A stretch of DNA of 64,000 nucleotides from Octopus bimaculoides. Lineage: Eukaryota. A program made the position numbers and the translations under genes. The notes under the pieces are model-generated. The model saw only the letters and a list, made by a program, of their open reading frames with translations, was not told the origin of the DNA and did not search any database. The stretch is from assembly GCF_001194135.2 (NCBI RefSeq), contig NC_068982.1, positions 106,770,460 to 106,834,459 of the forward strand, read 5' to 3'. Positions 21,901 to 35,300 of the stretch are shown piece by piece (the stretch's first letter is position 1; each line of letters opens with the position of its first letter).

Positions 21901-24900
21901 AGTTATTTGTGAATTTCTATTTCGGTACTAAAGTAATACTTGCTTCTTTATTCGAGACTTAAACATAATTATCTTCCAAATAATAGGTAACTTCGTTATA
22001 ACATTTTTAATGCCTAGAGAATTAAAAACTTAATTAGAAGTAAAATATTTGGTGACGAAAAACGACATTAGTCAATGGTAATTATTGTTTACAGTGTTTG
22101 TTAAGTAGGGGAGACTACTTCATACATGTGTCGATATTATTTGCCCTCATCTAAGAAGCATAACTTGCACCGTTCTTTAAAAGGTTGACGCGCTGTGTGT
22201 GTGTGGGGGGGGGGGGGTCATTAATTTATTTCTCACTATTTTTTTTTTAATCTTTCTTTTATTATATAGGTTTACAGTAACTTACCTTCAATTTTTATTT
22301 ATTTATGATGCAAATAGTGCCCAGACAGTAAATGAAACAACTGGCAATTGTGATATAACAGAATATAATCCCTGCATGTAAGCTTTGATATGAAAGGGAA
22401 ATATCCAGTAAACTTTAATGGGTTGATGGCAAGACAGTCAAGCAAGATACATCCTACTTCAGGTTATTGAGTATGAGAAGAAATTTTTTGAAATTATCTC
22501 CTTTTTGGGAATCTCCCAAAAGCTACAGCCTGATTTTTGCTTTCTTCCTCCAAGTAGAAAATGAAGTTTTTGTTGCTTTTTTTTTTTTTTGCATATGTTA
22601 TTTACTACATCGACACTTATCTGATATATGTATATCAAAATAAGCAACAAGGATATCCAGAGGTAATGCAGTACAATCTTTTCATGCAACTCCATTTAAT
22701 TGAACAATGTAATCATTACTTCAATTTAAAATGCAGAGCAATCCTCAGCTGCACAAAGACAAAGAATTTAATTAAATCGACACATTAGTATAATCATACC
22801 TAAAATCTCCAAGAAGTTAAGGAGATAAACAAAGAACATGTTGCCTCTACTACAACATAGAAATTAAATGAATTGTCAAGCAGACTCTGCCTGTCACTGA
22901 TTTTACTTGTTTTTATGGGGTCAGTTTTAATTTATTGACTAGTTTATCAAACCTTGTATATCTAAGGCTGAGAGAATAAAGGGCATTATCTGCTAGGGGT
23001 AGGGCTGAGAGAGCAGACAGAAATCATAGTTGGTATAGTCATAAAAATCATAAGGCTTGGTAAAGGAAAACCTAAAACAAGATGTTGGCTGACAACTAAG
23101 TGGGGTCGCCCACTATCAGACCATTGATAATGAAACAGGGGAAGTCTTATCATGTAGTACTATAGTTAAATGTTGCTATATTGTATACAGATAAAGTTTA
23201 TGGCTATTCAGAAGGTTATTAAGAAGAATACATTAACAAAAGGATAGAAAATTTATGGATACTTTTACCACAATAGAGGGAGGAAAAGAAATTATTCAGA
23301 AATAGTTTCATATTTATACATATTGTACACTTAAATACTAACTCATCAGATGGTATCTCTGAATATTGATTAATTGGTATATACTGGTATTAATAAAGGA
23401 GTATTGAGGTAAAAGAACATTCTAATTATATATTAATAAAATTATATTCTAAGCAGTTTTTTTTTAATATGTAGTGAATATACCAGTATAGTTTTATATA
23501 AGCTAAGTATGAATTTATAGAGATAGAAAGATTAGCTTAATTTTATGAATAAACTAGCAGTATAACCCAATGTTGTCCAGGTGTGACTTATTACGCCATC
23601 TACGATAAGTCTTGCTACGTGAAAATCAACTAAAAAAGAAAGCTTTACAACGAAAAAACCCTTATAATGTAAATATGTTCTGGTAGTAAGTAAATGCACT
23701 TTAAGAAAGATATTAAAAAAATTCAGTTTGTAATGAATAAATGTTTGACTGTCAATCGTATTTGGAAGAGACTGACAGGTATTTGTATGTATGTGTTTAT
23801 TTGTATGTATGTGTGTATTTGTACGTATGTATGTATGAGTGTGTAATTCAAAAAAATGTATATTTACACTTTAAAGTTGGTTTTCACACCCAACCCTGTT
23901 CTGCAGAATCAGTGTAGCGACGGGAAGTTTGTGCCTATCTCTACGTTCTGAGTTCAAATTCCGCCAAAGTCGACTTTGCCTTTAATCCTTTTGGGGTCTA
24001 AAAAATAAGTACCAGTTGAACACAGGGGTCGATATAATTGACTATTCTCCACCTGCCCGAAGCCGCCCTTGTGGGAAAAATGTTAAATAATTATAATAAT
24101 AATAATAATGACCTCTGCCGATCAAAGTCCCAACCCACAACTAAGTCTTAAGTGTATATATATATGGGCAACACACACACACACTAAATATAAAAATGTT
24201 AGTAAGTAAAAGTGTTTTAAAAAAGATTGTTAAATTTTCAGATTAACACTCGCACGATTTTCACTAGTGTTAGAGTTAGGGTTTTAGGGTCAGGGTTAGG
24301 GTTAGGTAGGTAATCGTGTGGGTGTTAATCTCAAGATTTACGAAAAGATTTATAGAATAAATGTTTGTGGATCGTATTTGAAAAAGATGTGTGGTTATTT
24401 TTTTTTTTTTTACTCTCCAATCTTCATCAGGTGTTCTGGTGGAATTTTGTACCCAATCCTTTATTTGACTAATGGGGTACTCTGCTCTCATTCCTAAGGT
24501 ATTCTTTTTTGCTAATTTTATTTTTTTCTGTTGATATTATTTCCCAACTCCCTGTCTAGGATTGAACTCAGAATCCGAGGGTTAATTGTCTGTGCTCTTA
24601 TCCGCTATGCTATATGCACGTAGGCAATTGTAGAGTAAATTTTGGGGTTTATAAACCTAATATTTTATCTTTTCTTAATACTGGTTCCAATATTACATTC
24701 ATATCTGCACTAAGTCAGCTTAGGAGGTTGTTGTGTCCTAGCATGTGTGCTGCCTCTTTTAATTTTCACATTTTCCAGAGGTGTTTTCTGTCTATTATTT
24801 TAGCTTTATCCCACAGGGAGAGGTGGTCTCTGTTTTTCCATACATGATCAGCTATACCTGCTTTTTCAAAATCCCCTCATGTCACAGCTTTATGATGTTC

Positions 24901-25038
24901 CTCTACCCTTATTTTAAGGGAGCAGCATGTTTCGCCTTTATATAACCTACTGCAACTGCATGGGATTGAGTACATACAGTTTTTGGTCATATTCTCTTGT
25001 ATGGGTGGTTTTACTCGGAGGAGATATTTGCGAAGTGT

Positions 25039-25223
25039 TTTATTACTTCTGAATACAAAAGGTATGCGGCCTGTATGGCATCAGGACAGTATTCAGAAGT
25101 AATACAACACTTCTCTAATTTATTAAGTGACTATTTTAGAAGCTGAGTAACATTCGAATAAAAGCATAACAAAACAACATGTAATTTTAAAAATAAAACA
25201 CTTTAGTTTAGAATTATTTTATT
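25039..25223 (-). terminator. Cluster of three candidate AATAAA poly(A) signals for EXD3
   Basis: Plus-strand TTTATT at 25218-25223, 25119-25124 and 25039-25044, 140-320 nt past the stop codon. The hexamer is common in AT-rich DNA. Confidence 0.4.
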
Positions 25224-25361
25224 ATGCTTTAAGCATTTCCATTACATATATTTTACATCAAAGATTGTTTTACTGTGTAGAATTTGTGACAGTTTGTTAG
25301 CTTTAGTTTGAAGTAACATAAACAGAATCAATACTTTTGCTGAATCCAAAATTATTGTTGG

Positions 25362-25787
25362 TTATGTCTCATCATCAACAGAGAATGGAATTAATTCATT
25401 TATCTGTTCCAACACACGCTTATAATGGCAACCGTCCCAATAGACTTTACCACAGCTTATACAACAGTAGAATATTTTGTCTTCCGCAAATAAAGTATTT
25501 GGGATATGTTCCAGCTGAATAGCTACACCATTAGTTCGGTATAAGGCAGTATCCATGTCAATCAGTTCTTCATTTTCCAATATAGGATAGGATTCCAGCT
25601 TATTTACAGGGTGTGTGACCATACTGCTAAATAGCATATCTGGATCAGGAATACTTTCTACACCTTCAGAGCCATTGGGATCTGAAATCCAGGATTTCTT
25701 TTTCGTTGATGAGGAACTTGGCTTCACCTCCTTTAACACATGCATCTTCTCAGATTCAACCAAGACAAAAGTCTTACAATTGCAAAT
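25362..25787 (-). CDS. EXD3: EXD3 last coding exon (426 nt incl. stop; Mut7-C zinc ribbon)
   Basis: ccag acceptor; [10 protein letters not shown]...[20 protein letters not shown]...DDET*. Confidence 0.95.
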   Translation of the reverse strand: MCNCKTFVLVESEKMHVLKEVKPSSSSTKKKSWISDPNGSEGVESIPDPDMLFSSMVTHPVNKLESYPILENEELIDMDTALYRTNGVAIQLEHIPNTLFAEDKIFYCCISCGKVYWDGCHYKRVLEQINELIPFSVDDET

Positions 25788-26011
25788 CTGGAAAAGAAGA
25801 AATCTTTCTTATAATTTATTGTAAATACATACAGATTTTTTCATTAAGCACATAGTCAAGAGGAAAACTGTATTAATTAATCTGATTTCAGTGTATTATT
25901 GGTAAGTTATTTTAACAATGTTAGAATAAGTAAAGAGAAATCAATACTGACACACTTTATCTGTCTGTCTGTCTCTCTCTCTATATATACATATATGTAT
26001 GTATCTATATA

Positions 26012-26096
<85 letters not shown>

Positions 26097-26791
26097 AAAT
26101 AAGCAACAAGGATATCCAAAGTTAATGCAGTATGATCGTTTCATGCAACTCCATTTATTTAAGCAATGTGAATATTACATCAAATGTAAAATGCAGAGCA
26201 ATCCTCAGCTGCACAAAGATATAGAAATTTACTGAAATTTCATTTCACCAGAAGGACATATTTTTGTAACTACATTTAAACTGTCCAAGTAGAAAGGAAA
26301 AATACAAAAAACCATTTTGACTTAGCCAGAGCATACAGGCTAGCCTGTATGGTTTGGCTAAGTCTGTATGGTTTACAAATATCATTGTGTTATTTCAACT
26401 GCTTGTAAATGCTGAACAAAGATGGCGCACTGACCAACGGTTTGCTAAATTATTTTCACCATATCCTAACCACATTAGTTGATTGTAAGATTGCATTGGG
26501 TGAACATTTCTAGTCATTTTCTGCAAGATGACATATTCAAGAGCAGTAAGAGTGGAGATTGTGGAAGTGTATGTGAGAACAGGTTCTGTTAAGCAAATGT
26601 GTGAAATCTTTGAAAGGCTTCCCAGCAAAGAGAATGGTACAAATGTTGGTTAAGAAGCGGCACTTGATATGTCCATGGAAAATTACTGGGTAGTTGTTGG
26701 CATATTTCTAGATGGGACGAAACGAAACAAAAGCCAGTTAAATAGGTGAGCAGCTGAGCTAGTTGCATTTGTCCCAGGAGAGAGAGAGAGG

Positions 26792-26854
<63 letters not shown>

Positions 26855-29800
26855 AGAGAGAGAGAGAGAGCGCAGGTAATATATAGAGAACAGCCCAGGG
26901 AGGAGGAGGGGTTGAGAGAAGAGACATCAGGTAATGGTGGTGCGGGGAGAAAGAGATCCAGTGTAGATGGTGGGAAAAGAGAGATAGAGATATCTGGTAT
27001 TGGTGGTGAGGTTGGGAAAAGGCGGACGCACCGCGAACAAAGTTTTTTTGGGGAGATGGTATGAGGAATGAAAATAGTAGTAATAATAATAATAATATAC
27101 ATTCAGAGTGTTCATGGGGGATGAGAATTTAAACCAAAGAAGCAAGAAATTAAGCAAACCAAGAAACAAGTAATTATCTTAACGAAATTACATGAGAGTT
27201 GAAAATATAATATTAATATCTCTTGGATATTAAAATATAAAAGACATTATTACTAGGAGAAAGAAGGCGGTGAGCTGGCAGAGTCTTTAGCATGCTGGGC
27301 GAAATGCTTAGCGGTATTTCATCAGCTGTTACGTTCTGAGTTCAAATTCCACCAAAGTTGACTTTGCCTTTCATCCTTTTCGGATCAATAAAATTGTAAC
27401 AGCTATGAACTGGGGTTGATTTAATCGACTTAATCCCTTCCCCCAAATTTGAGGCCTTGTGTTTCCAGTAGAAAGGATTATTACTAGGAGAAAGTGATTA
27501 GTCTAAAAATGTTAAGGTACCAGTTTGCATCTGTGAAAAGACATCAATGAAAAACTTTCAATGAAACATGAATTTTAGGATAGGATAACAAAATTTTTCT
27601 CAAAAGTTATGAAGGTTGATTTGTAAATAGCAGAAGAGGATTAAATAAATAAACAAGAGCACTCAGAGCACAAACCTCTGCCAAGGCAACACCAACGTCC
27701 TCTCAACGGTTAGCCAAGGATGATTTTCAAAATGTGAATATCTGAAATAAACTTGATTGCTCTAACAAACAAGAATACTAGAAATGAACCCGACCTCTCT
27801 CAAAAATTAAGTATAAAAACAGGAAAATAATCTAGAATCCTTTTCTGGTACCAGATCAATCCCAAAATCTAATCAGTTCATGCCAGTCACAAGGCCAAAC
27901 ATCCCTGAAAGTTTCATATGAATCCATCCAGCGGTTCTTGAGATATCTTGGTCCATGGATATCTTGTCCACAAACAAACAAACATAACTGAAAACAATAC
28001 CACTACCTTTGCTAAGGTGGCGGTAATGAAGTTAAGTAATTAAATTAACTTTCAAGTTAATGTGATATATAGAAAAATATGGAGGATAACTTCATAGTAA
28101 AAAAAATATAAACAGGGCTAAAACGTTTACCTGACATCTACTTAGAAGATCTTCTTCTTTTATCTTCACTTTAAAATGTGTTAAGACCTCCTTCAGTTGT
28201 TCTTTAACATTCTGGCTAGATACACTGAAGCATTTACTTTCACCAAGTCTTGAAGCAAACTAAAAATTAAAAAAAAAACAAAATACAAAAAAAAATAAAT
28301 AATTCCATGAAATAAGGTATTTTGAAAAATAATGTCAAAATAAGAATTTAAAATGTTAAGTAATTAAAAAGCTCTGCTTAGGTATATCTGAAATATTGTT
28401 ATTTGCTTTTAGTTCTGTTTTACCTTTTACTACTTTCAGTCACTGGACTGTGACCATGCTAAAGTTATATTTCAAGGGTTTAGTCAAACAAATAAACCCA
28501 ATACTTATTTTTTAAAGTCTGCTACATATTCTATTGGTTTCTTCTGCCGAGCCACTACGTTATGGGAACATAAACAAACCAACGCCAGTTGTCAAGTGGT
28601 GGGGGACAAACACAAAGATACATGTGTGCACAGACACTCACACAGATGAATTCCCATAAAGTTTTCACCTACTAAATTCCCTTACAAGACAAAATGCCAA
28701 ACAGTAGAACTGAAATTGAAACCACATGGCTGCAAAGCAAACTTCTCAACCACATAGTCAAGCCTACATTTAAGCTTTGTTCAGAAAATTTTAAAAACTG
28801 ATTGGTTTTTCTTTTTGAATCCCTATCAACTTATCCTGAGTAAAATAAAATAACATGTTTAACTTATAAGCAAAAGCAAACTTTGTATGATTTGCAAATG
28901 ATTTCAAACAAAAGTATGTTTTGTTCAAAGTTGCAACATAAGCTATTGTAACAACTAGATCCACTACAGTTGTCTCACGGCCATAACAATGAACTTATAG
29001 TTCCAACTGGTCAATCAACTAGAGTCTTTTTTTTTTTTTACTTTGTATATGTTTTTAACAAATTCTTCCAAGTTCAGAGTATTACCATACAATATATAAG
29101 GATATATTTTCATTAAGATGGGAGGGGGAAAAGACTATGTAAGATTTGATATAAAAAGAAACAAAAACAAGTAAATAAATAATGAGTTTAAAATAACAAC
29201 TGAATATAAATACTATGTACTATAAATGAAAAAATTTCTTGTTTCAGCTTGCTTGAAATATTGGTTTCAAATTTTGACATAAGGCCAGCAATTTTGGAGG
29301 ATATGGTAAGTGAATTACATTAACCCCAGTGTTCAACAGGTACATACTTTATTTACCCTGAAAGGATGAAAGGCAAAGTTGACCTTAGTGGAATTTAAAC
29401 CCAGAACGTTAAGACTGATGAAATGTCACTAAGCATTTCGTCCAACCAGCTAGCCACCTTAATATAATTAAATAAACTGAACCAAATATATACCACCTAT
29501 GCTTTTATATTATATGCTTGCATGAAAATATTGCCATATGACTTCATTGTTGTTTCATTTAGGGGGAAAGAAAAATAATGCTGGCATTCATTCTGTTTAG
29601 TTTCTGCCTAAAAGAATAGTCATTTTCTTCTAAAAGTAGCTGCCCAATACCAACAATGAAAAAAGTACAATGATGGAAGTTTGAATAATAAAACAATAAA
29701 CATGAAATACTAGTGTCATGCTTATACACATGCGTAAACAATACGGATACAGTTATATGGGGGGGGGGGGGAAGCATTGAAAAACAAAAAATAATCAACA

Positions 29801-32316
29801 GAAGTCTAGTTGAGAAGGAAAAGTATATTTAATAGTATATTTAACTGTTTAGATGTTGATGATTTGGCCAGGCTTACTGGACATTCAACCTGTTTTTGGA
29901 GAGTTCTTTTTGGTTCTGGAGACAAATACATAAACACACAAGTGCAGAAATATACACATACAGATAAAGAGAATGAGAAAAAAGAGAGCGGGAGAGAGAC
30001 ATTACATATAAACATCTAGATGCTCACATACATAAACACAGAGAGACAAAGAGAGAGAAATTAGCTTGATTGAACACAACTAACAAAAATACTTTCTCTC
30101 TCCTCACATACATAAAGGAAAATATAAAGACATCTGATGTCAAACAAGTCAGCATTGAATCAGCGATGCCAAAACGTCTCCTACCCATTTAATAGGGAGG
30201 AAGGGGTTAGTATTTGTAGACTTTTTCAAAGTAAACTTCTCCATCAAATAAGACAACCTTATTGGTTAAAGTGAAAATGCTTTTATTCTTAATAAAGTAA
30301 AAGAAAATTACAGACAGACAAAAAGACAGGAAATAACTTGATAACTTGCCATTTGGTATACTCTCCCTGCAGTCAAAACAATACGATTTCCTTGCAGTGC
30401 CAACTGAAAAACAATTTTTTTATGTAGACTGCCGTTTGACTATTAAATACATGTAATAAAGATTATATCATGCTTAATACAATATGTAAGGGTAGTAAAT
30501 CTGGCTGAATTTGCTAAGTATATACTCTATAAGAAATATTTCTCTTAAATTAGATATTAGTTGATCCTATCATTAAGTAGTATTCACTAAATAGAATAAT
30601 GAAAACAAACTCACAACTAAAATCAGTTACTTGGTTTTATTAAAGAGAAGTAGGCATTATATATTTCACCATCACCACTTACTTTTGCACATGCAGAAGT
30701 GTGATGCTAACATAATGAATTATAATGGTTTATACAGCGATGACAAGTTGCTACTTTAATTAGTGAAAATACACTTGGAATGGAAATTAGTGATAAGATA
30801 AGTGATAAGTAGAATGGAGATTAGTAATAAGATATTCTTCATGTTAGTCACATACAAATACTAGGAATTGGCAAGGTAAAATATATCTTACTCATGCTAG
30901 CAAAGATAATATAATGTTGGCATTAGGAAGGGCATGTGGTTGTGGCAACGACACCAAAACTGACAGTAAAGCTTGGTACAGTCTTCTGGTTTATCAGCTC
31001 CTGCCAAACTGACCGACCCATGCCAGAATGAAAAACAGACATTAAATGAGGTCCAACCAAAGCCGGCATGGAAAACAGATGTTAAATGATGACAATGATG
31101 ATGATGATGAAAACAGCAGAAAAAGAAAAAACATGCTACTTTTGAGCAACAACAGTAGATGAAGATTTAGAAGCATAATTAGAGGCAAGTGTATAGCAAA
31201 AATACTGTTGATACTTATTCAAATAAGTAAGAATGTATTTAAGGGCCACAAAGTGTAGCTGCAGTTAAAAAAAGGAGAAATATTTATTAGCTGTGTATTG
31301 AATATTAGTTTTTGTTATCTTTAGGTCTGATTGTTAAAGTAAGTACTTGTCCAAGCGTAACTTCTAGCTTTCTATATTCCATCAAACAACTCATCAGTGA
31401 AGACATAACTATGTGATCACTAGTCGAGTACTTTAACTTTACAGTCACTATGGTCTAGAAAGTCCTGTGGCTCACAGGACTTTCTGAATACCTTGAATTT
31501 TTTTTAGTAGTGTGGCCTACCTGATGATGATCCTTGTCTCATATGATCTGCTTCTCAAAACTGGTTGCCCATACCTGGTCCAGATGTTTGTTTCTTTTTT
31601 ACCTGCATAGCAGCAACATCTCTTTTGTTAAGAGGGTAGGTAGGTAAGTTTAGTAATGAGATAGTGTCTGGTTTTAGGGTATTCAATAGAATCAAGTACG
31701 AAAGATATTCGATTGTAGACTAATCCTTGTAGCAAGAATGAAGTGTCAATTAATTAATGAATCCAGAGGATGTCAGAATGCATACCATACAAGTGTATTT
31801 CATAGAAAATTTTGTTCCAATAACAATAAATACCAACAACTAAAAGAATTTATGTGTTTTTTCAAACATACTTAGAGGTAATGTTTAAAAGTGCTGGTAG
31901 ATAACTTAAGTATCATGTATGAAGACTATATCTATAGGCTTCTTATTTGTGTGCAATTTTATCATATCTATTTGTTTTAGTCATTGGATTGCAGCCATGC
32001 TGGGCCACCGTTTTGAAGGTTTTTTAAGCCTGGTACTTATTTTATTGATCTCTTTTGCTGAACTAAAAGGTTCCAGGGTTATAAACAAACCAACACTAGT
32101 TCTAAAGCAGTAGAAGGGGACACAAACACAACACACATACATTTATATATAAATGATATATATGTATATATATATATTTCGTATGTGTATTTCGTGTGCA
32201 AGATTCTTGATGTGGATACGTGTGTTGAAAGAAATACAATTAAACCTTGGGAGAGGCATTATGGACTGAACCAGTGCGTGTGTTTATTACCGGCATAATG
32301 CCTCTCCCAAGGTTTA

Positions 32317-32358
<42 letters not shown>

Positions 32359-35300
32359 TATATACACACACACACACAGACATACATACACACATATATA
32401 CATGTACATACATACACATATACAAAGGTTTCATTTAGTTTCTATCTACCATATCCATCCAGAAGGCTTTGGTTGGCCCAAGGCTATAGTAGAAGACACT
32501 TGCCCAAGTTGCCCCAAAGGGGACTGAAACTGGAACCATGTGGTTGGGAAGCAACTTTCTTATCACATAGCCATGCCAAAGTACCCAAGAAGAATCCTGA
32601 AGTTACAACACATAGCCTCAAAATTATCCTAGTTGCTGACTATAGTGCCTCCAAGCTTTTTAATTAGATCACATTTTTAATGTCAAATAGCACTGAGGAC
32701 ATGCTGGAGCACCACACTGTTGGGTTTTCAATTACATCAACCCCAGTACTTATTTTAGCAATTATTTTCTGTCATACTGATTAGTTATGGGACATCATTT
32801 TTTTTTCAGTGTTAACACAAAGACAGGTATAAAAACAAATAGATACAAAGATATTCACACAAATATTTGTATACATCCACCCATCATCATCGTTTTAATG
32901 TCTACTTCCTCATACTTGCATGTGAGAGTTTGTGGTGGCAGAGTTTTCTCTGGCCAGGATGTTCTTCCTGACACCAAGCTCATCTGTTTCCAAGTGAGTG
33001 ATGTAATAATCTCCTAGTCTATTGAACAACAAACAACCAAGACATATTTATGCAAAGAACTAGAAGCAAATGACACCACATCAACGAGCCTTTTGTTTAT
33101 AAAGATCATGTAACATGTCACGAAGCTCAGACATGCTTTAGTGACAGACTGCAAGCATATGATATTGTCAGCAAGGCTATTGTTTACAAGCAGTAAACAC
33201 ATATAAAGATAAGGGAAATATGAATTAAGTCACATGCAAGCAAGCATGTACACACACATCTTATCATTGTCATCATCATTTAGTGTCTGCTTTCCATGCT
33301 GACATGGGTTAGATGGTTTGACTGCACCAGGTTCACACACATTATATATTTATACATGCAAAGGACTCCTTTCAGTTTCCTCCTATCAAATCCACTCACA
33401 AGGCTTTGGTTGGCCTACCTGTTCAATTTCTGTCTACTAATTCTATTTGAAAGCATTGGTTGGCTCAAGGCTATAGTAGAAGATACTTGCCTAGGATGCC
33501 AAACAGTGAGATCAAGACCATGAGATTGGAAAATGAATTTCTTAGCCAACTAGTTTATGACTAGCTATCAAATAGTATTTAACTGGACATTAAAAATAAA
33601 GAAGATAAATTGATTCTTTAAAAAATTATCGACACTGTTTACATCAACTATTACATGTTACCTGCAGAATCTAGCTACAACATTGTGAAACATTGTAATT
33701 ATCATAAAACTAATATTAATAAAGAAATTAACATAATTAAAACATTAGTTTGTAATAAGTGTCTAAAACACTGGATACCTGAGGTTTTAGTCAGTTATAA
33801 ATAGTTAGTTCTAGAGGAAGGTGCATTATTTTTGGCCTGACTAGTTTGAAAATAAGCATGAGATTATAGTCAAGAGATTGGATTAGAAAATAAATTTGTA
33901 AGACATCTACGCTAAATAAATTATGCAGAAGCAATTATGCAGAAGCAATTTAAAAGAGAAAACAGATACCAAATGGTAAGGATGAAAAATAAAGTACATC
34001 CATGTTAAACTACTTACAGCAATAGCATCTTTATGATCTTGGTTGTTTCTCATAATAAAAGTATCAACACCAACACTGCGGAGGTTCCATCCCAAACCTT
34101 GAAGCATTGTATCAACAATAACTCGCAAGTCATGAGGGGAAATTGGAGAATTATTGCATTGATTCAAAGACTTATCACTGTCTAGGGAGCACACCAAGTC
34201 ATTTTTATCTATATCACAGTTGACTGATTTCTCTTCCTGGAGAATAAGTTAAAAAAGTATCTACTGGAAAGTTGTTTAAAAATTAAATATGAACAAAATT
34301 ATTAGGTATTAAATATTTATCTTTAAAAAACAATTTTGATACAGTGTTATTCATATTATTTATTTACTTCTCAATGTAAACATCTTTCATTGAATCACCA
34401 AGTTCCTGTTCATTTGTCTTATATTTAGTCCCAGCTCAGCTCTGATCAAGTTGCCCTGATAGAAAGCATTCCAGCTATGTCCACCTCTCTTATTTTTAGG
34501 CACAATGTATATAGGACTACATTATCCAATGTATCCATCTTTTTTTTTTTAAAGTGTAATTCGAGGGATCTGGCTACCATTTTTAGCAGGTTGAGTGACC
34601 ATATTTTATGGTTCCTCAACTGATATGCTTCAGTTTTGTACTGAGGTGTATGTCTGGATTCCTTTTTATGTATTGCTTCAGGCATTTGTGAATGAATGCA
34701 TGTTATGTATTAAGATCTTTTTTTATTTTTTAATGTTATTCTGCTATTTTCAAACCAGGCAGCAGTTTAATAAGTTGCACTGTGTTAATACCATATAGTT
34801 GGATTCAAAAATCTCCAAATTATCTTTACTCATGAGTCTCTCTCACATAAATGGTTTGAAGAACTTTTCATAGACTTACAATATTTCAAAAGAGGAAAAA
34901 TTTTGTTTTCAATTTTTACAACTCCACATTTTAGCAGTTAGATCTCCAGTCACCAAGTGTCTTATTCTTAGATGTGTATATTGTATTAGAATGGATCCAA
35001 TACAAACTGGGAACCTTTATTTCTAAACTAAGAATAATAATGATCTTATACAATAAGCTTCTGATGCAAGTAGATAATAATTACGGTTAGTTCAAAACTA
35101 AAGGTACCTAGTGTGAATCCTATCTAGTACTATGTACACATCCAAGAATAAAACATCCTGATGATAATCAGTGATGAAACCAATTAAAACCTTAAGACGA
35201 GGTTAACTGTTCAACAAATATAATTTTATTAACAACAGCTCTTCTCAGACATTTAGAGAACTTTCCAGTAACTTGTGTTATCCAGCAATCTGCCAGTATT

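Noticed and set aside
27264-27350. tRNA gene
   Set aside because: A- and B-box-like motifs are present but there is no complete cloverleaf; it is a SINE head with a TSD and several diverged copies.
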